A stretch of DNA of 63,980 nucleotides, the filler included, from Sphacelaria rigidula (taxonomy: Eukaryota): assembly GCA_964200075.2 (NCBI GenBank). It is 3 parts of 3 records of this genome, joined end to end, with 100 filler letters (N's around TTAATTAATTAA, not from the genome) between each part and the next. Parts side by side here need not be neighbours in the genome. Positions count along the whole stretch, not along the records: positions 43,569 to 63,980 come from CAXNAA020000531.1; 2 more parts are not named here. One strand, written 5' to 3'. Positions 49,301 to 57,611 of this stretch are shown in pieces. The notes under the pieces are model-generated. The model saw only the letters and a program-made list of their open reading frames with translations. It did no database searches and had not been told where the DNA came from. The position numbers and the translations under genes were made by a program. Numbering within the stretch: the first letter of the stretch is position 1; the number at the start of each line of letters is the position of its first letter.

Positions 49301-49743
49301 GTGCCAGTGGAGACTCGTGGTGTCTGTGTGCCTCCTGTGCCGGTGGAGACTCGTGGTGTCTGTGTGCCTCCAGTGCCAGTGGAGACTCGTGGTGTCTGTG
49401 TGCCTCCTGGGCTAAATCCTCCTGGGCTAAACCCTCCTGGGCTAAATCCTCCTGGGCTCAATCCTCCTGGGCTAAATCCTCCTGGGCTGTCTGGGGGTAT
49501 GGAGTAAAATCCGTCCATGGAATCATCATCATCTGGGAAAGCTAACCCTGAGTCTGCTAGACGCACTAGTTTTCTCCTCTTTTTCGTTTTCTTCATGGTT
49601 TTCTTTCCGGATCGTATCTTGGCGAGATACCTTTTGGAAACGCATCTGTTTGTCCTTGGGTTTGTCGCTTGATCCTTTCTACAGGGTTTTTTGCACCTGT
49701 TTGTCTTGGGATTTCGGCGTTGCGGTGGTTTGCACTTCTTCAT
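46348..49743 (-). CDS. Large repeat-containing viral protein, paralogue 1 (Cys-RNPxT-RC N-terminus, SPGG/TQT/PPPR repeats, ~500-aa helical domain)
   Basis: 1131-aa ORF; N-terminus and central-C-terminal domain clearly homologous to 50981..54367 (e.g. LFKDVYWRI, LDDxTxALNxQISN, SRTRGG). Confidence 0.92.
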   Translation of the reverse strand: MKKCKPPQRRNPKTNRCKKPCRKDQATNPRTNRCVSKRYLAKIRSGKKTMKKTKKRRKLVRLADSGLAFPDDDDSMDGFYSIPPDSPGGFSPGGLSPGGFSPGGFSPGGFSPGGTQTPRVSTGTGGTQTPRVSTGTGGTQTPRVSTGTGTTQTPRVSTGTGTTQTPAPRPPRLPARTSDGTTQTPAPRPPRLPARTSDGTTQTPAPRPPRLPARTSDGTTQTPAPRPPRLPARTSDGTTQTEAPRPPRPRSRHTNRRRFHDDHEVDSPTSISRPPPPRSRHTNRRRFHDDHEVDSPTSVSRPPPPPRFHDDHEVDSPTSISRPPPPPRSHDDHEVDSPTSISRPPPPPRFHDDHEVDSPTSISRPPPPPRFHDDDEVPSRPSSTDESIASIPGVNHGYPMDQKDEDSVPNSPSDMDSADVPNSPRDQSDNPVEMSLENIRNLTGEEPNPNTGQNDLSVAQLYPNSNRVQFDVDGLRRNSPSTFEAPLSNQDEELGFPSLNAKVVSILRGIVSATSDRHSLHGVLRIRTEYPSCDEKGDEFRTQIVSGVRKSQCGIVEIEPADTMTVNPLYAQTSSNDRRSILWSVHCSQTFRWWHVSSVVHQLLQHNVDMVFLFKDVYWRICGQRTYSEFSVERIISTVAHQMDRIEKDERDAERKPHYALAKWLNNHFKGWLHVQHHEYDEESPSVELRVFDEAMLEQVTSNIGLIGLEEALARTYGFIEKYRNTDLEEPWCAVYHIMTGVAISTAMYSAKAHGIDDGTEIEKMSEDIGEMCNALRILSNNIDLDLLESLLHFASSLSCKEAASQAFKARGASSFETFVKYVGSRQNISEEEDLISGVVKDVKQHCAVKEDQRAVSEVVVFAFHFKIKPIIESVWRTRLQWSDDDKMTRLLVVWSKIAAFSFSYFASKTIESKRNAAIKWSDNGCKTLRHPVVLSPTPIQGRDYMSSNLDDLTIALNHQISNFKPDLHSTEQIEKMVGTGGTINHDLVSQTDADASLTQTPNRGTPSRGTPRYSYAENLDAKNVYAANRDFFGLAATGTPRTRRKTAGYSNSAPRRLFTTPRREDDDAGIDDPNPITPTIEEDMEALDNDMSQVQPVITRTPRGVTMQTRSRVSRTRGGQVFRSELNRGL

Positions 49744-49922
49744 AATGAATCCCTCTTATGAAATATGCAACAAATTAAAACTCGTGAACCACTCTTAAAT
49801 CGTCTCGAGATGTAGTCGGAAACAGGAAAGCAGGTCTTCCCAGATGCTTCCACGATAGCAGTTTCATATGACGAGACGACGGGTTACTCCGATGGAGATC
49901 TAGTTTTTAGTACTTATATATT

Positions 49923-50132
49923 TCAAGTTCCCAAGGTACAGTAGTTGCTGTACTCATCTTCGTCGTCCGCTTCGTCGAAGAGCCTATCTATTCTATTTCT
50001 TTCTTTCAAAAAGGAGTTTTTCGGGTTGTACGTCAGCCAACCTTTTGCCCTCTGATGCCTGGGCATGATGTGACCTAAGCCCAGGTTAACGGTTTGAGAC
50101 AGAAATGTCTCGAGGATCTTCGTATACGACAT
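49923..50132 (-). CDS. Small hypothetical protein
   Basis: 69-aa ATG ORF filling the gap, co-oriented with neighbours. Confidence 0.55.
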   Translation of the reverse strand: MSYTKILETFLSQTVNLGLGHIMPRHQRAKGWLTYNPKNSFLKERNRIDRLFDEADDEDEYSNYCTLGT

Positions 50133-50174
50133 GACTCAATCAATCAATCAATCATTCTACACTCTAAGCATATT

Positions 50175-50798
50175 TTATTGTGGTACACAGCAAGATTGGA
50201 GTTTCTTCCAAAAGGCGAAGACTCCCGACAACACCCCCTTCACTCTCTGCTTCTTATAGAACGCCTTCATGCCGGGAAGTCGGCTCCGCATTGTTTCCTC
50301 TAACCCTACCAACCCTCGCAGGAAGTAGACTTCGACACGACTCCCGTTCGTGGCCACCAGAGTGAGACTAACAGTTTTGTTGGCGTCGCTTTTTCCCGTC
50401 CCGGGGATGCAGTATACGTATTTGTTGTAAATTCTCCTTGTTTTTTCTGACTGGTGTTGAAGCATCTCTCGCAAAATCTGTTCCCCGGCTGCAGCGAAGG
50501 ACCTGACGTCGTTCAGGCTAACTGCAACCTCTCCACACATCTTGTAAATATTTCCGATCGTGTCCATCTGCAAGAGTCCGATCAACTTGAACGCTCCCCA
50601 GTCTTCCATCGGCACTGCCAGAGGCAGGAAGTTTGATGGCAGTCCGTACTTGCCGTACCATGAAAACTGTTCTTCGTCAACGACCATGTCTCGAGGGCAC
50701 GTGAAGTAGTGGCACGAGCCGCCGATTTCCGTCCACCTCCTCGTCCACTCGGGCCTGAACTCTCCCATGTAAGAACTGATCGGGAATTTCTTGGCCAT
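50175..50798 (-). CDS. Hypothetical protein
   Basis: 207-aa ATG ORF with globular composition. Confidence 0.8.
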   Translation of the reverse strand: MAKKFPISSYMGEFRPEWTRRWTEIGGSCHYFTCPRDMVVDEEQFSWYGKYGLPSNFLPLAVPMEDWGAFKLIGLLQMDTIGNIYKMCGEVAVSLNDVRSFAAAGEQILREMLQHQSEKTRRIYNKYVYCIPGTGKSDANKTVSLTLVATNGSRVEVYFLRGLVGLEETMRSRLPGMKAFYKKQRVKGVLSGVFAFWKKLQSCCVPQ

Positions 50799-50832
50799 GA
50801 GAAGAATTTCCCTGAACCCTGTATATTATCCA

Positions 50833-50955
50833 TAGATTAAATGCCGTTTGTGTTGTACCAGTGCCAATGGAGACTCGTGGGCTAAATCCTTCGGGGCTAA
50901 ATCCTCCTGAACTAAACCCTCCTGCGCTGAATCGTCCTGGGCTGTCTGGGGTAAG
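50833..50955 (-). pseudogene. Relic of the SPGG/TQT repeat region of a third paralogue
   Basis: Reads PDSPGRFSAGGFSSGGFSPEGFSPRVSIGTGTTQT, matching 49370-49495; flanked by 32-bp direct repeats 50801-50832 and 50956-50987. Confidence 0.75.
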
Positions 50956-50980
50956 GAAGAACTTCCCTGAACCCTGTATA

Positions 50981-53900
50981 TTATCCAGAAGTTAGGCCAC
51001 CGAACAACTCCCTTCTCACTGCTGTTCCTCCCCTTGTACGTGAAATTTTGCTCCGGAGTATCCTGCCTGTTCGCACTAAGTGTGTCGTATTCGGTACCAT
51101 GCTTGGGGTACGAAGAGAGCTTTGTCCCCGCCTTGTGCCCGCCCTCGTGGTGTTGGGTGGTCTAGGGCTGTAACGTCTACGAGGTGTGCGCGTCGGTGGT
51201 GGCTGTGGTTCCTGTGATTCCGGAGTACCTGAGTTTTGTTGTTGCGTTCTTCCTTGTGTATCTCCTTGGGTATCTCCCTGTGGTCCTTGTGGTCCTGGTG
51301 TATCTCCTTGTGCTCCTTGTTGTTCTCTTTGTTGCCCGACTTCCCTCGGGGGTTCCGTAGAAGAGATATTTGTTTTACTAATATCTGGGTCGTCTTCGTC
51401 TACAGTCTTCGCCCACGTCAGCAAGTTGTCGTCGTTGTGGACAAACGGCCCATCCCCCACCATTGCTATGAGTTCTTCGTCTTGGTGAAGCTGGAACTTC
51501 AGGTTGCTTATTTGGTAGTTCAAGGCGACGGTGATGTCATCTAGATACGAAGTTTGGAATGTTTTAAACATCGTCTGGATGGGGGTTGGGTTGAGCATGA
51601 TCGGGTGATCTATGCCTTCACACCTGGCGTTGTTTCTTGACCACACGACGCCTTTATTCCTCTTGTTCGGCCCGATGAACTTGGATGCGCAGTTGAAGGC
51701 GGCAAACGCCGCTATTTTGGACACCATGATGAGTGATTTCTCCATCTCGGTGTTGTTCGCCCAGTCTATCTTTTGCCGCCAAATGGATTCCACGAGGGGC
51801 TTGATCTTGGTCAGAAAGGCAAACACCACGGCGTCCTTCACCTGTCCTGGGTGTAATCCCACCTCGGTTTCATTGTCAGGCAGACGACGCTTGGCGTGTC
51901 CCAGCACATCCTCCACGAGTTTTTGTGCTTTGTCCTTGTCATCGAGGTTGTTGAGATGGATCAGTACATCACCAAACGATTCCGCTCCCTTGACCTTGTC
52001 CTTGTATGCCTTCGCCGCGGCCAACTGTGCAAGTTCAGAGGGAGACGAGATCAAGTACAAGAGCTGCTCGAAAGACTCGGTTTCCACCCTGTCCAAGACG
52101 TTTCGCAGCATGTTGCACATGTTTGCGATTTCTTTGCTCATTTCATCAATGGTTTCTAGCCCTATGTTGAAGGCTAGCGCAGACTGCTTTGCGGAGGAGA
52201 TAGCAACACCAGTCAGGACGTGCTTTACAAGATTGATGGGTTTCTGGCTCTCGGTGTTTCTGAACTGGTCGGCAAGAGAATAAGCTTGTTGCAGCGTTGC
52301 CGTCATGGTACGGAGGGAAAATCCAGAAGCGAGATTTTCAAACCACGGTAGTTCGTGGTCAGGAAGTTTGACCGACGTTGCCGGGGCGTCGTAGTCGTGG
52401 TATTGGACATGAATCCACCCATTGAAGAAGTGGTTTAGCCACGCCTTCAAGGGTTCATTCGGTGCACTCTCCTCCTCGTGGTATATTCGATCCATGTTGA
52501 CCGCGATGTTGGAGATGATAGGTTCCAGGCTGAATTCCGGGTAGGCGCGTTGTGCAGATATCCTCCAGTAGACGTCTTTGAACAAAAACACGGTGTCGAC
52601 GTTGTACCGTAGCACCTCGTGCAGGACCGAGGAAAGGTGCCACCATTGGAGCGACTGTACGCAGAGGGCGTTCCACGAGATCCAATTCGGGGCAGTGCTA
52701 AGTATTCTGGAGTGCGCCGGGTTGAACGCGTGTGTTCGAACATATTCCACGCTAAGCAGCTGACACTTTTCAACTTTCTCAGCGTCACGAATTTTTCGTT
52801 GTACGCTGCGGGTTTCTGGGTCGCACTCAGGGTTTTCCTCTTCCAACACCAATACTCCACGAACTTGTTTATTGCCGTTTTGCAGAGCATGCATGATGCC
52901 CTTCAAGATGCCGGTGGCGCTTTGGCTGAACTCGGGGAACTCTCTTTTCCTTCTTACAAGGGTGTCGTCGTCCTCGGAGGTCGTGGGTGCTGTTCTTCGA
53001 AGGTGTTCCGTATCAAACAGACCGGGATGCTGAAGATCGGACACAAAATGTCTGAAGTTTGTACTGTCTGCGGTCTGGTCGAGGAAGCTCGTGTCGTTTT
53101 TCTCTTCTTCACCTTGCGTGCCGTCTAACAAATCTCTCAGATTTGCGAGGTGTATATCGTGGTAAGACTGGCTTGGAATAGGCGAGACGTTCACGTCGGG
53201 GAAGCCCGACGAATCCTCATTAAAATCGACATGTACTTCTCTGTCAGCGTATAGCAAGTCGTAACCGTCTAAAATATCCTCGTCGTTGCCTGGAGGGAAA
53301 CGTGGTATATGGTAACGTGGAGTCATGAGTTCGTTGTCCGTCTGAGTACCACCAGCGGAAGTCTCAATGCTCACAAAGTCCGTCTGCGTTCCACCAGTGG
53401 AGGTCTTATTGCCATTAAAGTCCGTCTGAGTTGCACCAGTGGAAGTCTCCAAATTAGCCCTTGTGTCGTTGTCCGTCTGAGTTCCACCGGTGGACGTCTC
53501 ATAGTTTGTCTGAGTCTCACCAGTGGAGGTTTCATAGTTTGTCTGAGTCTCACCAGTGGAAGTCTCAAAGTTTGTCTGAGTTCCATTAGTGGAGGTCTCA
53601 TAATTTGTCTGAGTCTCACCAGTGGACGTCTCAATGCCATCAAACTCTGTCTGAGTTCTACCAGTGGAAGTCTCAACGCCATTAAACTCTGTCTGAGTTC
53701 CACCAGTGGAAGGCTCAACGCCATCAAACTCTGTCTGAGTCTCACCAGTGGACGTCTCAATGCCATCAAACTCTGTCTGAGTTCTACCAGCGGAAGTCTC
53801 AACGCCATCAAACTCTGTCTGAGTTCCACCAGTGGAAGTCTCAACGCCATCAAACTCTGTCTGAGTTCCACCAGTGGAAGTCTCAAAGTTTGTCTGAGTC

Positions 53901-54367
53901 CCAACACGGCTCGTCTGTCGTGGAGCGGGTGGCGTTGGTGGATCAGATGGGGTAGGGGGAGCAGGTGGAGTAGGATTTTCGCGGGCTAAGTCATTCCAGT
54001 TCACGTTGAATTCGTGAACGTCGCCATCGAAGCCATTGTAAGTATCGAAGAACTCTTCTTCTTCATCGGAGTTGAAGATATCGTCGAAGTCTTGGAAGTC
54101 ATCGATGGAGTCATCGGACGAATGGTAGTCAGCGTAGCCAGTAAAAAAGTCATGTGTTGATTGCGCAGACTTTCTTGGTCTCGGTGCTCTGCTTCTTCTT
54201 GGAGGTGTAGTCCTTTTCGAGGAAGCCTTCTTCTTCGCAAGTTTTGCAAAATACTTTTTCGAGACGCATCTCTTCGTTCTGGGATTAGTGGCTTGGTCTT
54301 TTCTACAGGGCTTTTTGCATCTGTTAGTCAGTGGGTTTCTTCGTTGAGGTGGCTTGCACTTCTTCAT
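50981..54367 (-). CDS. Large repeat-containing viral protein, paralogue 2 (15 TQT repeats)
   Basis: ORF 50981..54388; start placed at MKKCKPPQRRNP (54367) by homology with paralogue 1. Confidence 0.92.
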   Translation of the reverse strand: MKKCKPPQRRNPLTNRCKKPCRKDQATNPRTKRCVSKKYFAKLAKKKASSKRTTPPRRSRAPRPRKSAQSTHDFFTGYADYHSSDDSIDDFQDFDDIFNSDEEEEFFDTYNGFDGDVHEFNVNWNDLARENPTPPAPPTPSDPPTPPAPRQTSRVGTQTNFETSTGGTQTEFDGVETSTGGTQTEFDGVETSAGRTQTEFDGIETSTGETQTEFDGVEPSTGGTQTEFNGVETSTGRTQTEFDGIETSTGETQTNYETSTNGTQTNFETSTGETQTNYETSTGETQTNYETSTGGTQTDNDTRANLETSTGATQTDFNGNKTSTGGTQTDFVSIETSAGGTQTDNELMTPRYHIPRFPPGNDEDILDGYDLLYADREVHVDFNEDSSGFPDVNVSPIPSQSYHDIHLANLRDLLDGTQGEEEKNDTSFLDQTADSTNFRHFVSDLQHPGLFDTEHLRRTAPTTSEDDDTLVRRKREFPEFSQSATGILKGIMHALQNGNKQVRGVLVLEEENPECDPETRSVQRKIRDAEKVEKCQLLSVEYVRTHAFNPAHSRILSTAPNWISWNALCVQSLQWWHLSSVLHEVLRYNVDTVFLFKDVYWRISAQRAYPEFSLEPIISNIAVNMDRIYHEEESAPNEPLKAWLNHFFNGWIHVQYHDYDAPATSVKLPDHELPWFENLASGFSLRTMTATLQQAYSLADQFRNTESQKPINLVKHVLTGVAISSAKQSALAFNIGLETIDEMSKEIANMCNMLRNVLDRVETESFEQLLYLISSPSELAQLAAAKAYKDKVKGAESFGDVLIHLNNLDDKDKAQKLVEDVLGHAKRRLPDNETEVGLHPGQVKDAVVFAFLTKIKPLVESIWRQKIDWANNTEMEKSLIMVSKIAAFAAFNCASKFIGPNKRNKGVVWSRNNARCEGIDHPIMLNPTPIQTMFKTFQTSYLDDITVALNYQISNLKFQLHQDEELIAMVGDGPFVHNDDNLLTWAKTVDEDDPDISKTNISSTEPPREVGQQREQQGAQGDTPGPQGPQGDTQGDTQGRTQQQNSGTPESQEPQPPPTRTPRRRYSPRPPNTTRAGTRRGQSSLRTPSMVPNTTHLVRTGRILRSKISRTRGGTAVRRELFGGLTSG

Positions 54368-54422
54368 GTTGTTGATACACAGCTGCACATAAATAAATTA
54401 GGACGATGCGTCACATGACATT

Positions 54423-55133
54423 TTAGTCTAAGGCTGTCTTTAGCATCTCGCCGATTTCGTCACTACACTCTTCTACAATCTCGTGTGCTAAGTTGACAAT
54501 GGCATCCCTGTACCCCTTACGGTCACGCCAGACTTTGTAGTCTCTCTCGTAGTCGGATCCGTACATCGTCAGAAGCTCGTCTCCTTTGTCAACATCGTGT
54601 GGGATAACGAGGAGAGTGATTGGAAGAGGCTTCTTTGCTCGGTATGCCTTAATGATGTCTTCTTTCGACAAGCAAACGTTGTTCACGAAGACGCAATTGG
54701 GGGGTGACTTTGAAGCCTCGTTCACGTAGGATGCTGCTCTTAGTTGTCTGGGCAGCTTCTTCAAGGTCGGCATCGTAGGATTCCCGTCGGCCACCATGGA
54801 CTGAATGTTTCTCGTCTTGTCTTCGTCGTTGACGTATGTAACGGACATGAAGTATGTGTCGTCGTCTTCGTCCTTCACCTCCGAGACCTTTTTCACTACA
54901 GCGTAGTAAGGCAAGATGGTTCCAGCCTCGATGTCTCTCTTACAGAAAACCCCTTTTCCGGCTCCTTCCATCTCGGAGTTTCTTAGGGCGACGTCTTCTT
55001 TGTCGATGAGGCGTGTAGTTAGTTCTTCCTCACTGTCGTCACTGTACGGTTCGCTCTCGACGTCTTCCGTGCGAATGCTGTCGGTGTCGCTCATGTCGTC
55101 AACAGGGTTAGAGACTGTGTTCCCCTTCGCCAT
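54423..55133 (-). CDS. SET-domain lysine methyltransferase-like protein
   Basis: SEMEGAGKGVFCKRDIEAG (motif I), AASYVNEA..PPNCVF (NHS-equivalent), DVDKGDELLTMYGSDY (ELxxxY). Confidence 0.85.
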   Translation of the reverse strand: MAKGNTVSNPVDDMSDTDSIRTEDVESEPYSDDSEEELTTRLIDKEDVALRNSEMEGAGKGVFCKRDIEAGTILPYYAVVKKVSEVKDEDDDTYFMSVTYVNDEDKTRNIQSMVADGNPTMPTLKKLPRQLRAASYVNEASKSPPNCVFVNNVCLSKEDIIKAYRAKKPLPITLLVIPHDVDKGDELLTMYGSDYERDYKVWRDRKGYRDAIVNLAHEIVEECSDEIGEMLKTALD

Positions 55134-55297
55134 GTTTTCGTTTTAGTAGTCTTACTGTTTCTCTTACAAATTTTTTTCCTGCTGGCAAACGTGAAACGAA
55201 ATTGCAAGAACCAAAAAAAATATTAAAAAAAATATTTTTTTAGGAAGAGTTATTTTTTGCGATCTTGACCCCACCTTCAATCATTCTTCACGAGGCA

Positions 55298-55861
55298 ATG
55301 TCTTCTAACGGGAAAGGAAAACGCAAGGCAACAGTACCAAGCCCAGGACTCCGGAGGTCACCAAGGAACCCTCGTGTCCCGCCTGTGGACGATGACTCCA
55401 ATGCTACTCCTGTTACCACTGACGACGACTTGAAGCCTGCAATGTTACTGACGGCCATCGACAAGTATGGCTTGGTCAAGGAGTTCTTCTGCGACCACCC
55501 TTTGTTGGCGGAGTACAGGGGGAAGCAAAGGCCTATCGGGAAGTTCTTGACGATGGCAAAGGTGAAGGCGCTTTCGGATGCCGTGGGGACTTCAGTTTCG
55601 ACCACGCACGACAAGCAGACAGACCGCAACGACTACCGTTACAAGAAAGAGCCCAACGGCGGAGACTTTTACAAGCGCTACACCAACGACAACGGAGTGG
55701 AAATCACGGAGTCCGATGAGGAGTTCGCCGTTGATCTGCCAGCCGATGGGCGTCGCTTCGCCTGCGCCCTTCTACTGGACTTCGTTACCAATTTCGGGCG
55801 TAAGGCAAAGACGGGGGATGTCTCTACATCTCAGGCGCACATAGTCGTGTATCGTTTCTAG
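55298..55861 (+). CDS. Hypothetical protein with basic N-terminal tail
   Basis: ATG at 55298, MSSNGKGKRKATVPSPGLRRSPRNPR; divergent from SET gene across an AT-rich spacer. Confidence 0.8.
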   Translation: MSSNGKGKRKATVPSPGLRRSPRNPRVPPVDDDSNATPVTTDDDLKPAMLLTAIDKYGLVKEFFCDHPLLAEYRGKQRPIGKFLTMAKVKALSDAVGTSVSTTHDKQTDRNDYRYKKEPNGGDFYKRYTNDNGVEITESDEEFAVDLPADGRRFACALLLDFVTNFGRKAKTGDVSTSQAHIVVYRF

Positions 55862-55912
55862 TGGGGTTTCTAAAATATATATTTTTGGTAGTGTCTTTTT
55901 TGTATTCCCGGT

Positions 55913-56845
55913 ATGAGCGAGGTCGGTCAGGTTGTTTTTTGTCCTAGGAAGACTGGGTCTTGGTCGATAGCTCGTAGTTGGGGTTCGTTGCGAACTCCCG
56001 TGCTTCACACGCACAACCTGTACCACTTTGTCGTTTTGGACGAAACAGGTTCTAGCTTTCATGACTTTGTGCTCAAGTATTTCGAATTGATGAATCGGGT
56101 CGACCTTGGTTCAGGAATGATACAGTACGCGATTGAGATCAAAGAGAGAATCAAGGTTCGGTTTCTGTTTCTGTTCTTCAACTCGTTGAAGTTTGTCACT
56201 ACTGTGAGAAATCCGCTGTCAAGAAGAATTTCCGAGTTCCTTCAGTCCATCACGGTTGAGCAAATAAACGCTGTGATGGACAGCATGTACCCGGAGTGTA
56301 AAAGGCTCACGCCTCAACGCCCGGATGTCGCCAAGCTCTGTCACTTTCGTCAGAAGATGAAGCGCGGCTCTTCTTGCCCTATAATCCTCGACGCTCTGGA
56401 TGTCGTTCTCAGGAACTTCCGATTGCTCACCGTCCTCGACATGTTCAAGAGTTTTGAGAAACACTTCGTACACACCAACTTGTCGGAATTCACCGAGTTT
56501 TTCTCTTTTATGCAAGAGTTTGTGACACCCGACTTCGATCTCGACAACGTACAAAAAAACGGATACGATCAAATCTCGTATTCCTTCTGCGGCATCGATG
56601 CTCGCCATCTTCTGATCAAACTGGAGAACATTGCCGATCCCTCGGTGAAGTCCGAGTTGGAGAAGCATACAGGAAGAAAAGATCTTTGTCGCGAGCACGA
56701 CTCAAACGCCTCGCACCACCTATTCTCCTACGGCGTCAAGGACGTGCAAGACGTGCTGGTGGAACATTATAGCAACGTCATGAAGTGTTTGTCGTCGGAC
56801 AAGAACTCCATCGAGAGTCAAATCGTGTCGGGTCTCGGATATTAA
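55913..56845 (+). CDS. Sulfotransferase-fold protein (resembles putative capsular polysaccharide synthesis family)
   Basis: 5'-PSB-like PRKTGSWS, VLHTH, 3'-PB-like KFVTTVRNPLSRRISEF, LLIKLEN. Confidence 0.65.
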   Translation: MSEVGQVVFCPRKTGSWSIARSWGSLRTPVLHTHNLYHFVVLDETGSSFHDFVLKYFELMNRVDLGSGMIQYAIEIKERIKVRFLFLFFNSLKFVTTVRNPLSRRISEFLQSITVEQINAVMDSMYPECKRLTPQRPDVAKLCHFRQKMKRGSSCPIILDALDVVLRNFRLLTVLDMFKSFEKHFVHTNLSEFTEFFSFMQEFVTPDFDLDNVQKNGYDQISYSFCGIDARHLLIKLENIADPSVKSELEKHTGRKDLCREHDSNASHHLFSYGVKDVQDVLVEHYSNVMKCLSSDKNSIESQIVSGLGY

Positions 56846-56852
56846 AAAATTG

Positions 56853-57611
56853 AATTACTTGCCACAACCCTCCGAGGCACCAAAGTATCTCAGCCCATGG
56901 GAATCTTTCTCTTTTACAGTTTTTGTTTTTGAATTTCGATTTTGAGGCAATCCTCGAACGCGCGCGGACGTTTCAAGTTGATACTTTCCAATTTTCATGT
57001 CGAAACTGTGTCTTTTGCCTCGTGAAACAGCTTGAGGTTTCGTCCTCTTTCCAGAAGTATCAACTTGATCTCAGGTGGACACTTTTTACAGCGTGCAGAC
57101 TGGGGCAAATCACCTAGTGAAGACAACACTATTAGGTTGACTCAAACCGCCATTTTTGCAAGTATCATCTTGGTTTCAAATCGAAGACTCTCGTCAGAGG
57201 CTGCAAGCCTCTCCCTTCAGCCTCGAACAACCTCTATCCACAGCAAACATTTTGAGACAGGTATCATCTTGAAAATCTCTGACTTTTCAAGTTTTCAAGT
57301 TGATACTTGTTTTGGGTTAGGTGTACTTTCTGAGATACCCGATCAACACGACGATGTTCTTCGTGTGTTTCGTTTGGTATTTGCTTGCTACGACATAAAC
57401 GTCACGAACAAGCTCTTTGACCATGACATCAACGCTGATGAAGAAGCTCCTCATTTACAGTTACTTGCCGTCGTCGTGGAGGCACCAAAGTATCTCAGCC
57501 CATGGGAATCTTTCTCTTTTACAGTTTTTGTTTTTGAATTTCGATTTTGAGGCAATCCTCGAACGCGCGCGGACGTTTCAAGTTGATACTTTCCAAATGT
57601 TGTGTCGAAAC
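56853..57611 (-). repeat. ~606-bp repeat, left arm (about 1.25 copies), inverted relative to 63067-63980
   Basis: GGCACCAAAGTATCTCAGCCCATGGGAA at 56876 and 57481; reverse complement at ~63520-63545. Confidence 0.92.

Noticed and set aside
47084-53989. Overlapping ORFs such as 47084..47713, 48561..49208, 51612..52283, 53309..53989
   Set aside because: Alternative-frame or antisense shadows of the two large paralogues and their repeats
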